From a virus (taxonomy: Duplodnaviria > Caudoviricetes), in IMG/VR virus record IMGVR_UViG_3300033072_000529: DNA of 64,000 bases, one strand, 5' to 3'. The notes beneath the pieces are model-generated. The model saw nothing but the letters and a program-made list of their open reading frames with translations, did not search any database and was not told the origin of the DNA. Positions 48,297 through 58,511 of this stretch are shown piece by piece. The stretch's first letter is position 1. Each line of letters opens with the position of its first letter. Made by a program: the position numbers and the translations under genes.

Positions 48297-48863
48297 TTAA
48301 CGGACTGAAAACTGGTGCGGGCATGCCGTATTGTTACAAGGCGGGTGAACAATATTCATATCTTTATGACATTGCGGGCAAGTATTGGGATACCAGTCTA
48401 AATCATGTCTGCGAGGACTGCGAGCTAATTCATCTACGATATGAGGTTTGGGAAATTGCGGTTCATGGGGAAGTGATTTTCTACTAAACTCACCATTTAG
48501 CATATCTTTTTTCATTTGAAGAGAAAATGAATCCCAGAATCCTGTAGGAAATCCATCGTCTTTAGCCTGATCAAACCGCACCCCAATAACTGTAATATCA
48601 GTTGCTTTATACCAATTCTTATTATCACCCAGCATAACCATAGTATGTTTCAATACACTGGATTGGAAACTACTACCCACTTTATAGTTAGTATATGGTT
48701 CAGAAAACACACGCGCTACTATTGTTTTACCGGCTAAAGCAGGCCAATTTATATATATACCATTATAATGGGCATATGATCGCATTAAATTAGCATCATC
48801 GGCAGAACATGCAGCCTCTCCCTTATCATTTACATATTCAGTTGTATCAATATATTCGCTCAT
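48297..48863 (-). CDS. hypothetical protein, C-terminal Cys cluster
   Basis: CPQC...CNNTAC. Confidence 0.65.
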   Translation of the reverse strand: MSEYIDTTEYVNDKGEAACSADDANLMRSYAHYNGIYINWPALAGKTIVARVFSEPYTNYKVGSSFQSSVLKHTMVMLGDNKNWYKATDITVIGVRFDQAKDDGFPTGFWDSFSLQMKKDMLNGEFSRKSLPHEPQFPKPHIVDELARSPRRHDLDWYPNTCPQCHKDMNIVHPPCNNTACPHQFSVR

Positions 48864-48866
48864 ATT

Positions 48867-49295
48867 TTATATGAGTCCTTCAATTATACCCATTAGTGCT
48901 GGTATGAATTTATCGTTCTGTGGTACATTATCATCTTTGGTGATAATGTAAAGTTCTTTTTCTAATTTACGCATCTTTTCCAGCCATGCGGTTAATTCAT
49001 CTTTCTTATCAGGTTGATAAGATTGTGCTGTCTGTATAAGGAATGTGACAAATACTTCTAGATAGTTTCTAGTTATCCGTTTATGTTTATGGGATCGAAT
49101 CGCCAGATTAGCAAATTCACAAATATGTTTATCATCTCCTTGATATGTTTTGTTCCATTGTTTGATGGCATCCCGTATTTCATCTATATGCATAACACTC
49201 TCCTGAACCTGTTGTTCTTCTCTAATCGAAGTATTCGGCATATGATTATAAAAATCAAATTCAGGATTAGTGTTTTCAAATGTAGGAATAATCAT
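48867..49295 (-). CDS. hypothetical protein
   Basis: 142-aa ORF. Confidence 0.65.
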   Translation of the reverse strand: MIIPTFENTNPEFDFYNHMPNTSIREEQQVQESVMHIDEIRDAIKQWNKTYQGDDKHICEFANLAIRSHKHKRITRNYLEVFVTFLIQTAQSYQPDKKDELTAWLEKMRKLEKELYIITKDDNVPQNDKFIPALMGIIEGLI

Positions 49296-49296
49296 A

Positions 49297-49674
49297 TTAT
49301 ACTAGTTCGCTGACTATAGCTGTACTAAAGGTGATATGAATACCATTCAACCGCTTGCATTTCATGCATCTAAATTCTGTATTATGTAAATTAAATGGTA
49401 CATTATGCTCTGTTCCACATGCTTCACATCTGAACGGTAAGATATCCTCTCTAAATGGTTTGGCCAACATTCGTGCTTTATAATCAGCTAATATATTAAT
49501 TTGCTCGTATCTATCATATAGGTATCGAAGAATAGGTTGTATACCTATCCAAAATATCATAGATAAACTGAAACTATAACCGAATACAATAGCAGGTAAT
49601 GACAATATAGTAGCTACTAATGTGGTTATACCTAGAGAATAACTAATAACGAATAATCTTTTTGTTGATTTCAT
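49297..49674 (-). CDS. membrane protein with Zn ribbon
   Basis: Two TM segments, CEAC/CMKC. Confidence 0.65.
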   Translation of the reverse strand: MKSTKRLFVISYSLGITTLVATILSLPAIVFGYSFSLSMIFWIGIQPILRYLYDRYEQINILADYKARMLAKPFREDILPFRCEACGTEHNVPFNLHNTEFRCMKCKRLNGIHITFSTAIVSELV

Positions 49675-49682
49675 ACTAGTAT

Positions 49683-50696
49683 TTAACTGATCAACGCCAA
49701 CATATCATCTAAAGATTGGTTATCCGTATAATCTTTATCAAAGAGTTTTACCCATTGAGGTATATCTCTATAGAAGTTTATAAATTCCCAATTGGTGAAT
49801 AATTGTTTTAAGGTATCAATATCAAATTTTAGGGATGCCTGTTGATCCCATTGAGTGGCATATGAGTCCCATTCTTGTTGTAATTCAGGTAATTCGTGGG
49901 TGTAGTTCAGCCATGTAATTTTTAGATTACGCGAAATAATTTCCCATTGTGAGGGGTGCACGAATTGATTTATACGATTATTATGTATAATATCATGATA
50001 TACGGTATCGAGGAATGGCTTACCATCTGGATTATCAGGAGGATTAGCAGTATAATACCGTATAATGGTCATAGCCAATTTTTTTGATCGTACTTTTCCA
50101 AATTTTTCCAACCCTGGAATATTATCAGACGGATCGCCCATGATGGCTTTTTGTAATACAAATCCCGATATGTCAATATCCGTTAATTTTTCAAAGTTGT
50201 TGGGAGTCAGTACCTCCTTTTTGGAAGGGATATAACAGTGTACATTATCGGACACTAATTGATACATATCCTTATCAGATGATATGATCAGGGATGTACC
50301 GGGTTTTTGTACTAAGAAATGCACAACATCATCCGCTTCTAGGGAGTATGGTTGCATATATTTTATACCTAGTGCATCTGTGAAGGGGCGCAATAATTCA
50401 CAGTAGTTCCAAATGTCTAGGGTGACGGAGGTCTGTACTCGATGCTCTTTATAGGCAATCAAAGATTTTCTGAAATTCGGGATTGTTTTGGTTATCTTTT
50501 TATCCCATGTGATGAATAGCTCTTTAGCTGGAAACTGCTCCACAGCAGTACGCAGCATATATAAGAACTGATGCAGAGGAGTGGTATTCACTCCTCCTAC
50601 TATCACTTCGGGGCGAGGTATATAATATGCTCGGTATAAGAAATTATTTCCATCTATTATTAATCTGTCATATTGCGGATAATGATCATCATGCAT
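49683..50696 (-). CDS. 5'-3' exonuclease / T4 RNase H-like
   Basis: IIDGNN, YK.HR, LEADD, SSDKDMYQL, GDPSDNIPG. Confidence 0.92.
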   Translation of the reverse strand: MHDDHYPQYDRLIIDGNNFLYRAYYIPRPEVIVGGVNTTPLHQFLYMLRTAVEQFPAKELFITWDKKITKTIPNFRKSLIAYKEHRVQTSVTLDIWNYCELLRPFTDALGIKYMQPYSLEADDVVHFLVQKPGTSLIISSDKDMYQLVSDNVHCYIPSKKEVLTPNNFEKLTDIDISGFVLQKAIMGDPSDNIPGLEKFGKVRSKKLAMTIIRYYTANPPDNPDGKPFLDTVYHDIIHNNRINQFVHPSQWEIISRNLKITWLNYTHELPELQQEWDSYATQWDQQASLKFDIDTLKQLFTNWEFINFYRDIPQWVKLFDKDYTDNQSLDDMLALIS

Positions 50697-50717
50697 GTGA
50701 CATCATATCACTATATA

Positions 50718-51014
50718 TTAAGTTGTCAACATTTTTTTCATCTTTTTGACATCACTACGAGGCATCACTTCCACGTATTCCAGTAGATTATTATCTAGAT
50801 GCTTGAATAATAGGTCAATGGGCATGTTGTATCGTTCCATTCCTTTTTTTCTAAAGTATAATGTATCCACGGAAGTATCAGCTATACCAAGTATGATCAA
50901 TAAGGTGGGCGTGTTCATAGGATCGATTCTATCTAACAATATGTTTAACCCCTTGTGGTTATATGCATATACACCGTTTATAATCAAATCATCACTTGTA
51001 TGGAACTTCTTCAT
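50718..51014 (-). CDS. hypothetical protein
   Basis: TAAATA 7 nt upstream. Confidence 0.65.
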   Translation of the reverse strand: MKKFHTSDDLIINGVYAYNHKGLNILLDRIDPMNTPTLLIILGIADTSVDTLYFRKKGMERYNMPIDLLFKHLDNNLLEYVEVMPRSDVKKMKKMLTT

Positions 51015-51084
51015 GCTGTACTATTTACTGCTGAATTATTGATTTCTGATAAATCAATAATGAAAAGTGATAAATATCTAACAT

Positions 51085-51294
51085 ATGTCTTCTTATAATG
51101 AACAATACAATAATGGTTTAGTATCCACCCGCACACGGGTATCAGTCGGTAATATGGTATTTGATATACCCACCGAAAAAGTTTCAACATTGGTGGAAAC
51201 GTTGAATAGACTACAATCTATTCAGGTATCAGAGGATACCATGCATGCGTCTCCGCTTATCAAATATAACGGTGTAACCCTAGTACATTCTTAA
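51085..51294 (+). CDS. hypothetical protein
   Basis: TAAATA 8 nt upstream. Confidence 0.65.
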   Translation: MSSYNEQYNNGLVSTRTRVSVGNMVFDIPTEKVSTLVETLNRLQSIQVSEDTMHASPLIKYNGVTLVHS

Positions 51295-51401
51295 TATGAT
51301 TGGTGCCGTCGCAGTTTTTATAGCTTTTGGGTTATTATATTATGGTTTAAAAAATCATAAATGCTATTGACAAATGTGCTGTCCGTGGTAGTATATGCAT
51401 C

Positions 51402-52307
51402 ATGGACAGCACTACCACAAACGCAGTATGGGTCGAGAAGTATGCCCCCCAAACTTTAGATGAAGTGAATGTCATTCCAACTGTTAAATCGACACTAGTT
51501 GGAATGACATCATTAGTTAATAACATTGCCCTTATTGGATCACCAGGGATTGGCAAATCCACTGTGGCAAGACTTTTATGCCGTAAATTTGCCCCTCATT
51601 CTCATTTGTGGATTGATGGTTCTACTGATAACGGCATCGACATTGTACGTAATCGAATTATGGATTTTACGGAGAAATGTAGCTATGATGATTCTCTTAA
51701 GATAGTGTGTATTGAAGAATTTGATGGATTTTCCACTGCTGCCCAAGATGCATTACGAGCAGTGATCGAATCCGACTTAGCAGGAACTAAGTTTATATTG
51801 ACCGCTAATAAAGCTCACAAGATTTCATCTGCTATTAAATCCCGTTGTCCAGTGATTGAAATGGTGCCTGTACTAGAGAATGTGGGAAAATTGGTGGGGC
51901 GCATCCTGCGTTCAGAAGGAATAGCTATTACAGATGATGCTAAAAAAGGAATTGGCCAACTAATTAAACGCAATTTTCCAGATATTCGAGTCACGATTAA
52001 TCAGCTACAATTAGCATATCAATCAGGTGTATTCGTCATGCCTCCTAAATATCATGCATTGGCTGCTACTATAACGCAAATGATCAAAGATAAAAAAACA
52101 GTATTTGACATTCGTCAATATGTAGTTGATAATGTGGAAGCATTTGCAGGCGATTATCATCAACTCATGCGAGATATATTCGATATCTATGTAACTGAGC
52201 GTAATATACAGGGTGTGAAAGTCATACCGGATTATATGCGTTGGTGTGCAGAAGTAGCAGACCAAGAAGTTAATTTCATATCAATGCTTTATCAATTAAC
52301 CCACTAA
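51402..52307 (+). CDS. clamp loader subunit (T4 gp44 / RFC-like)
   Basis: WVEKYAP, GSPGIGKST, GIDIVR, AQDALR, FILTAN, SRC, PDIR. Confidence 0.92.
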   Translation: MDSTTTNAVWVEKYAPQTLDEVNVIPTVKSTLVGMTSLVNNIALIGSPGIGKSTVARLLCRKFAPHSHLWIDGSTDNGIDIVRNRIMDFTEKCSYDDSLKIVCIEEFDGFSTAAQDALRAVIESDLAGTKFILTANKAHKISSAIKSRCPVIEMVPVLENVGKLVGRILRSEGIAITDDAKKGIGQLIKRNFPDIRVTINQLQLAYQSGVFVMPPKYHALAATITQMIKDKKTVFDIRQYVVDNVEAFAGDYHQLMRDIFDIYVTERNIQGVKVIPDYMRWCAEVADQEVNFISMLYQLTH

Positions 52308-52733
52308 CTATATGGTAGATACAGAAACTTTATTACACGCATTAGCTAATAATGCACAACCGAAATACGTCAAAAATCTATCATGTGATAATCGTCATTT
52401 AATATCAAATCCTGATAATATCAGGAAATATATTCGATATGATAGTAGTAGAGGATAGCAATGGGGTAACACATTGCTGGGAAGAACGTTTAGCTCCAGA
52501 ACAAGAAGCGCCGGAAATGGAACCACCTGATCCAACACCTGATCATTAACATGAATAAGTTGATTTTTTATATAGCCATAATGTTATATGGAGATTTATT
52601 TCTTCTAATTGCATATCAATGTAATAGATTCCAAGAGTTATTTTTTATAATAGGCTCGATACAGCATATGGTCGCAGTAGTATTAGGGCTGATACATATT
52701 GGCACTAAAAAAGTACACCCCTATTATTAGTAT

Positions 52734-53390
52734 ATGATTAACTATAGCATACTACAAGATTCTGTCACACATTATGAGAAGTGTGGGTTTCAGCGTATCG
52801 AGTCCCCTTGGACTGTATCTGAGGGTGTATTGAATATCACTCGTCCTGGGGGCGCAGAATTACTACAATTGAAACATAACGATAAATGTTTAGTTGCCTC
52901 CGGGGAACAATCATTTTTATATCTATACCTTAAAGGTTTTGTCCCCTTGGGTGCATACCAGACGATTACACCGTGTTTTCGATCCGATTATTTTGATGCA
53001 TTACATAGCAAATACTTTATAAAAAACGAATTAATTCAAACGGATGATGTATCTAAAGCAGCATTATATGATATGATCGCAGATGCATTGGATTTCTTTC
53101 AGAAATATATACCAGACGCTAGAGTGTTGACTACCGGCACCGATACATATGATATTATTACTAGTGACAATCAGGAATTAGGGTCGTATGGTATACGTCA
53201 TTGCACTTTCCTATCATGGATATATGGTACAGGATGCGCAGAACCCCGCTTATCAACATTAGCTAATAGAAATCAACCCCAATATAATTATGGCTTATCA
53301 TCTAACTCCAATACCAAAAGGCATTCCTGGCGAGTTCTCCAAAATAGAAGAGGAATTCCTGGAACTGCGGGATGCAGTCCAACAAAATAA
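52734..53390 (+). CDS. minimal class II aminoacyl-tRNA-synthetase-like catalytic domain
   Basis: SGEQ, TPCFR (motif 2-like), ELGSYGIR, GTGCAEPR (motif 3-like); no anticodon-binding domain. Confidence 0.65.
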   Translation: MINYSILQDSVTHYEKCGFQRIESPWTVSEGVLNITRPGGAELLQLKHNDKCLVASGEQSFLYLYLKGFVPLGAYQTITPCFRSDYFDALHSKYFIKNELIQTDDVSKAALYDMIADALDFFQKYIPDARVLTTGTDTYDIITSDNQELGSYGIRHCTFLSWIYGTGCAEPRLSTLANRNQPQYNYGLSSNSNTKRHSWRVLQNRRGIPGTAGCSPTK

Positions 53391-53568
53391 TCCTATTCTA
53401 CAATTGGTAGAAATCAGTGATTTAATAGGTGCAATCGACCTATATGTTCGTAAGTACAATATAACAGTGGATGATGCACTTAGTATGGCTAAGTTGACTA
53501 ATTCTGCTTTTGAAGATGGTACTCGCGTGCGACATGATGACTCTACAGAACACAATAATATTAGGTGA
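53290..53568 (+). CDS. MazG-like NTP pyrophosphohydrolase
   Basis: KIEEEFLEL.DA.......VEISDL (EExxE...ExxD). Confidence 0.7.
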   Translation: MAYHLTPIPKGIPGEFSKIEEEFLELRDAVQQNNPILQLVEISDLIGAIDLYVRKYNITVDDALSMAKLTNSAFEDGTRVRHDDSTEHNNIR

Positions 53569-54376
53569 TGGATACATAGGTTCCGCCTATACAGCAGAAG
53601 GTTATACAGGTATAGGTAGAAAAGACTGGGAATATATTCCCGGTTATTTCTCCACCCTTATCCCGTATATCGATCCCTATGATTATATCATAAATTGTAT
53701 CGGTTATACCGATACAAAATGGTCGGAAGATGACCGTAATTTCAAGAAACTCTGGTACACCAATGCTGTATTCGTACAAGAATTGGCGGAGTTTTGCGCC
53801 AAACGTAATAAAAAATTAATACATTTATCCACTACTGATCTATACGGTAACGGCCATGATTTTGCGAAAAACACCGAAGATCGAAAAGATTTAGATGTTG
53901 GGACTAACTATAGATATAGTAAATATGCCGCAGAACGGTTTTGTGATTTGAACCGTGATCTAATTCTACGTATACGTCTACCTTTTGATGGTAGACAACA
54001 TCCGAAAAATTTACTAGTTAAAGCGCAGAAATATACTAAATTTTATCAGTTCACCACTGATTACACATATGTACCTGATTTAATCGCAGCATCATCAGTG
54101 TTATCAGAGCAGGTAGGTATATTCAACGTAGTATCACATGAAGATGACACCTTGTTGAACCTGATGAAAAATATATTAATGCTGCCGCAGTTTCAGCATA
54201 TTGATCCATATAATGAGAATGACCCTAATATCATTCGAGATATAAATGACATACATGTTCATAACACATGTAATGATACTAAATTATGGAATTTGTATAA
54301 ATCAACTAATCTACATGCTGCCGCCATTATATCATACAACAAATTAACATCTATCATTGACAAACCATCAATGTAA
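53534..54376 (+). CDS. NAD-dependent sugar-nucleotide reductase/epimerase (RmlD-like)
   Basis: ILGDGYIG, IINCIG, LIHLST, YRYSK, LRIRLP. Confidence 0.8.
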   Translation: MMTLQNTIILGDGYIGSAYTAEGYTGIGRKDWEYIPGYFSTLIPYIDPYDYIINCIGYTDTKWSEDDRNFKKLWYTNAVFVQELAEFCAKRNKKLIHLSTTDLYGNGHDFAKNTEDRKDLDVGTNYRYSKYAAERFCDLNRDLILRIRLPFDGRQHPKNLLVKAQKYTKFYQFTTDYTYVPDLIAASSVLSEQVGIFNVVSHEDDTLLNLMKNILMLPQFQHIDPYNENDPNIIRDINDIHVHNTCNDTKLWNLYKSTNLHAAAIISYNKLTSIIDKPSM

Positions 54377-54389
54377 CGTAACATACGCC

Positions 54390-55067
54390 ATGAAAATCGG
54401 ATACAAAGCAACAGAAAATATGAAATGTATCAACCTTATATATGAGGTTGGCAAGACATACACCATTGATAGTATGGAAATATGTAGCCATGGATTCCAC
54501 TTTTGTAAAGTAGCAAAAGATGTATTGAATTATTATGATTATGATAAAGGTTTCGTCCTATTGGAACTAGAAATCCTAGGCGATGTGATTGATGAAGGTA
54601 ATAAATCCGTTACTAATAAAGTTAAAGTCCTTAGAATCATCCCTAAGGAAGAATATCCAACTCTACTGGATATTGAAGTAGATGATAATGGTAATAAACT
54701 TTACCAAAAAGATGAATATGAAGGCGATCATCGTTACGAGTATGATGACAGAGGAAATATGATTTACCATACAAATACATGCGGAGAAGAATATCACTAC
54801 AAGTATGATGAACAAGGTAATATGATTTATTATAAAGATTCCTATGGAAGGGAATATCATTGGAAGTATGATGAGAAAGGTAATAAGATTTATAAGCAAG
54901 ATTTCCTAGGAAATGAATATCATTGGAAATATGAATATGATGAGAAAGGTAATAAGATTTATGAAAAAGATTCCAATGGAAGAGAATATCATTGGCAGTA
55001 CGATGAGAAAGGTAACGCTATATCACTGCAATCAGCAGACGCTAATTGGAATATAACAATTGAATAA
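54390..55067 (+). CDS. phage protein with conserved N-terminal domain + YD-like repeats (paralog 1)
   Basis: GYKA...YEVGKTY...C..GFHFC domain; EYHWKYDEKGNKIY repeats. Confidence 0.8.
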   Translation: MKIGYKATENMKCINLIYEVGKTYTIDSMEICSHGFHFCKVAKDVLNYYDYDKGFVLLELEILGDVIDEGNKSVTNKVKVLRIIPKEEYPTLLDIEVDDNGNKLYQKDEYEGDHRYEYDDRGNMIYHTNTCGEEYHYKYDEQGNMIYYKDSYGREYHWKYDEKGNKIYKQDFLGNEYHWKYEYDEKGNKIYEKDSNGREYHWQYDEKGNAISLQSADANWNITIE

Positions 55068-56030
55068 TATGAAAATAGGATATAAAGCAACATATAATAT
55101 GAAGTGCCTGAACCTTACGTATGAGGTTGGAAAGACATACACCATTGACAAAATGAAAATCTGTAGCCATGGATTTCATTTTTGTAAAGTGACTAAAGAT
55201 GTACTAAATTATTATCCATATACAAAAGATTTTATTCTACTAGAATTAGAAATCTTGGGTGATGTAATTGATGAAGCGGATAAATCAGTTACAAATATGA
55301 TGAAAGTCCTTAGAATCATCCCTAAGGAAGAACATATAACACTATTGGATATTAAATTTGATGAGCGGGGTAATATGATTTATAAGCAAGATTCATATGG
55401 AAATGAATATCATTGGAAGTATGATTATGATGAGAAAGGTAATGTGATTGCTTATAAAGATTCCAATGGAAGGGAATATCACTACAAGTATGATGAAAAA
55501 GGGAATAAGATTTATGAAAAAGATTCCTTTGGATATGAATATCATTGGAAGTATGATCATAAAGGGAATATGATTTCTTATAAAGATTCCAATGGAAGGG
55601 AATGTCATTGGAAGTATGATGAAAAAGGTAATAAGATTTATCAGACAGATTTCCTGGGAGATGAATATCATTGGAAATATGATGAGAAAGGTAATAAGAT
55701 TTATGAAAAAAATTCCAATGGAAATGAATATCATTGGAAATATGAATATGATGAGAAAGGTAATGTGCTTTATAAGCAAGATTCCAATGGAAGGGAATAT
55801 CATTGGAAGTATGATGAAAAAGGTAATAAGATTTATCAGAAATATTCCAATGGAAGGGAATATCATTGGAAATATGAATATGATGAACAAGGTAATATGA
55901 TTTATTATAGAGATGCCTTTGGAAATGAATATCATTGGAAGTATGATGAGAAAGGGAATAAGATTTATCAGACAGATTCCAATGGAAATGAATATCACTG
56001 GAAGTATAATGAGAAAGGGAATACCATAGA
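54670..56030 (+). repeat. coding tandem repeats, 63/69-bp units
   Basis: GAATATCATTGGAAGTATGATGAGAAAGGTAATAAGATTTAT...GATTCCAATGGAA recurring in both paralogs. Confidence 0.9.
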
Positions 56031-56073
56031 ATATTCTGATAAAGATATTAAGTGGACTATAACAATCGAATAA
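55069..56073 (+). CDS. phage protein with conserved N-terminal domain + YD-like repeats (paralog 2)
   Basis: Near-identical N-terminus to paralog 1, about twice as many repeats. Confidence 0.8.
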   Translation: MKIGYKATYNMKCLNLTYEVGKTYTIDKMKICSHGFHFCKVTKDVLNYYPYTKDFILLELEILGDVIDEADKSVTNMMKVLRIIPKEEHITLLDIKFDERGNMIYKQDSYGNEYHWKYDYDEKGNVIAYKDSNGREYHYKYDEKGNKIYEKDSFGYEYHWKYDHKGNMISYKDSNGRECHWKYDEKGNKIYQTDFLGDEYHWKYDEKGNKIYEKNSNGNEYHWKYEYDEKGNVLYKQDSNGREYHWKYDEKGNKIYQKYSNGREYHWKYEYDEQGNMIYYRDAFGNEYHWKYDEKGNKIYQTDSNGNEYHWKYNEKGNTIEYSDKDIKWTITIE

Positions 56074-56085
56074 ATTTAAAAAAAT

Positions 56086-57336
56086 ATGAGTATAAACACA
56101 GAACAAACACCAGCAACCAAACCGCTACCACCTGCGATTAAACTATCAAATCTATTATCCGATAATACAGATGTATTAGATTCTAAGGATATACTAGATA
56201 ATGCTTTCACTGTTAAACAAAACAACTTAACGGGTATTGAGTTATTCAACTCCATTTATAATTTATGGGGTCACTATTTTACCGATGCTGCATCATTCGT
56301 GTCCTTTAAAAACAAGGCCGCAGATAGTTTCCTTGATCTTCAAAAGAAACTATTTGAAGACGGTTTCGTTAAGATTTTCTCTGCGGCATCAGTAGAATGT
56401 CGCTCAATGTACTTCCTCAATAAGGATAAGAAGATCATAGTATACATATCTATTGATAAGGATTACATGGTGCCTGATGGTGATCAACTAGCAGTTAATA
56501 TCAATTCATTTGGGGATAAGAGTAAAGGACCATATTTTTATGCATCTTTGATGACTACGATATCCAAAGATGCATCGGTTTGGTTGCGGGGTTTCCATGA
56601 CTTCTATGCCACATTGCCAGAGGTAGAAATAATTCTTAAACCTAAGAACAGCAGTGCCTTCTACATGATTGCACAGAATAGCCAAGGTATTCATAAGAAA
56701 GCCACTGTATGCAATCCCAAACCTATCAAAGATGAACGTTATGAACTGTTCTATGGAGAACATTTTCCTCATAACGTCTTTAAGAAATTTGTCACGGAAG
56801 ATACTATCGGACATCTGATGCTTCTATACGGGCATCCTGGCACTGGAAAGAGTAATTATATCAAATCGTTGATTGCGATGTGTAATCGACCTGTGATTTA
56901 TATTCCTCCTTCAATGGCAGCAGTATTATCCAGCCCTAGTTTCGTGGAGTTCATTATGGATAACAAGGGAAGCGTTCTCTTGATCGAAGATGCAGAAGAA
57001 GTTATGTCCAAGGACCGTAACACTGCAACAAATAATATTCTCAACATCACTGATGGTTTCCTTAAGGACGCATTAGATTTGAAGATTATATGTACCTTCA
57101 ACACCGATGTGAAGAATATTGATGTTGCCCTGCGCCGTAAAGGTAGACTGCATTGTGAATATGAATTCCGTAAATTAAAGCGTTCAGAATCGTTGAAATT
57201 AGTTGATTTCCTTGACTTACAAGTATCAACAGATAAGATTGAAGATGAAATGACTCTAGCAGAACTATTCAACATTGATGATGAAGTTAAATTATCAACG
57301 GGATTAGATAAGCGAGTTATCGGATTTGGAGTGTAA
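56086..57336 (+). CDS. AAA ATPase
   Basis: GHPGTGKS, LLIEDAE, LNITDG, TFN, D.ALRRKGR. Confidence 0.9.
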   Translation: MSINTEQTPATKPLPPAIKLSNLLSDNTDVLDSKDILDNAFTVKQNNLTGIELFNSIYNLWGHYFTDAASFVSFKNKAADSFLDLQKKLFEDGFVKIFSAASVECRSMYFLNKDKKIIVYISIDKDYMVPDGDQLAVNINSFGDKSKGPYFYASLMTTISKDASVWLRGFHDFYATLPEVEIILKPKNSSAFYMIAQNSQGIHKKATVCNPKPIKDERYELFYGEHFPHNVFKKFVTEDTIGHLMLLYGHPGTGKSNYIKSLIAMCNRPVIYIPPSMAAVLSSPSFVEFIMDNKGSVLLIEDAEEVMSKDRNTATNNILNITDGFLKDALDLKIICTFNTDVKNIDVALRRKGRLHCEYEFRKLKRSESLKLVDFLDLQVSTDKIEDEMTLAELFNIDDEVKLSTGLDKRVIGFGV

Positions 57337-57348
57337 TTGTTGATATAT

Positions 57349-57380
57349 CAAACACGGGTATTAATCAATACCCGTGTTTG
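57349..57380 (+). terminator. stem-loop/terminator
   Basis: CAAACACGGGTATT-aatc-AATACCCGTGTTTG. Confidence 0.75.
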
Positions 57381-57392
57381 CCATGTTTATAT

Positions 57393-57731
57393 ATGAATAA
57401 TTTAACAACATATACCAAACGCGATATTATATTCAATAACACTACTCATTTATCGTTACCACCTAGTCAAAGAAAATGGGGAGAGGAATATATAGGTATC
57501 GTACTACTTTTTAACTATCAATTAGAAAATATGTTGACTATGGATAACAAGTTATGCAAGAGACTTTTATATCTATTAACGAGATCGCAAATTACTATGT
57601 CATATCCCTGTGATCGTGGGTGTAACTTTGGTGCCTTTATTAAGGAGGAAATACACGATAATAATCACATGATGGAGGGAAGTGATATATCGTGTCACCA
57701 CAATAAACCAGAAGATTATAGAAACAGATGA
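57393..57731 (+). CDS. short paralog array member 1
   Basis: MNNLTTY...NKLCKRLLY...PEDYRNR. Confidence 0.65.
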   Translation: MNNLTTYTKRDIIFNNTTHLSLPPSQRKWGEEYIGIVLLFNYQLENMLTMDNKLCKRLLYLLTRSQITMSYPCDRGCNFGAFIKEEIHDNNHMMEGSDISCHHNKPEDYRNR

Positions 57732-58087
57732 ATAATATAACTACATATTATACAGCAGATAGAGTATTAAGGGGAGGAACACATCTACCTGTGCCTGCCT
57801 CTGCAATACACCGTGTGGGTGAGGACTATACGACTATAATGGTATTATCTAGGGATGCAGAATATATTATCAACCGTAGTAATAAAATGTGCAAGAAGCT
57901 ATTATATTTCACAAGGTATGGGCATATATCAGCTTTCCCGTTCAAGGATATTAATGCCTATACGGTACAGGAACACGAAGGGTTCTTTAGTTCATCTGAT
58001 TATATACGCATCGATACATCTTATATGCGGCAAGATACGGATATTTATTGTGTTCCTAATATGCCGGAGGACGCTAGAAATAGATGA
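57728..58087 (+). CDS. short paralog array member 2
   Basis: MNNITTY...NKMCKKLLY...PEDARNR. Confidence 0.65.
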   Translation: MNNITTYYTADRVLRGGTHLPVPASAIHRVGEDYTTIMVLSRDAEYIINRSNKMCKKLLYFTRYGHISAFPFKDINAYTVQEHEGFFSSSDYIRIDTSYMRQDTDIYCVPNMPEDARNR

Positions 58088-58090
58088 TAT

Positions 58091-58297
58091 ATGTATAATG
58101 TAATATTAGACCCTGTTGTTATACTATCAATACGGCGTAGACTGCAACATATTGATATAAATACCACGTTGTATACTGGCTTTACTGGCAAAAATATAAA
58201 AGGTAATTATAGTATGATTGACGTATACGAAGACGATATGGTGCATTCCATAGGATTAAAAACCACGATGCGAATGGATAATGTATATACACGTTAA
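58091..58297 (+). CDS. short paralog array member 3
   Basis: MYNVIL...GKNIK...VYTR. Confidence 0.55.
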   Translation: MYNVILDPVVILSIRRRLQHIDINTTLYTGFTGKNIKGNYSMIDVYEDDMVHSIGLKTTMRMDNVYTR

Positions 58298-58298
58298 T

Positions 58299-58511
58299 AT
58301 GGATAATATAATATTAAAGCCTCATACGGATATAATATATGGTAGTGATGCCCGAACTATTCAAGTGCCTACTACACTAGTTTCAGTATATTCCGGTAAA
58401 AATATTAAATATGTATATAGAAGGCAGAATTCAACTTATTATCGATATATTGATACCACTGTATATTTACATAATTCATTAAAAATATCACTGATAGACG
58501 ACAATAGATGA
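58299..58511 (+). CDS. short paralog array member 4
   Basis: MDNIIL...GKNIK...DDNR. Confidence 0.55.
   Translation: MDNIILKPHTDIIYGSDARTIQVPTTLVSVYSGKNIKYVYRRQNSTYYRYIDTTVYLHNSLKISLIDDNR

Noticed and set aside
52312-52730. Three tiny ORFs (36-59 aa) between clamp loader and aaRS-like gene
   Set aside because: Plausible but no motif or promoter evidence; may be a frameshifted remnant
54670-56030. Regularly spaced repeats as a CRISPR array or DGR template/variable repeats
   Set aside because: Units are in-frame protein repeats without unique spacers; no cas or reverse transcriptase gene in the window
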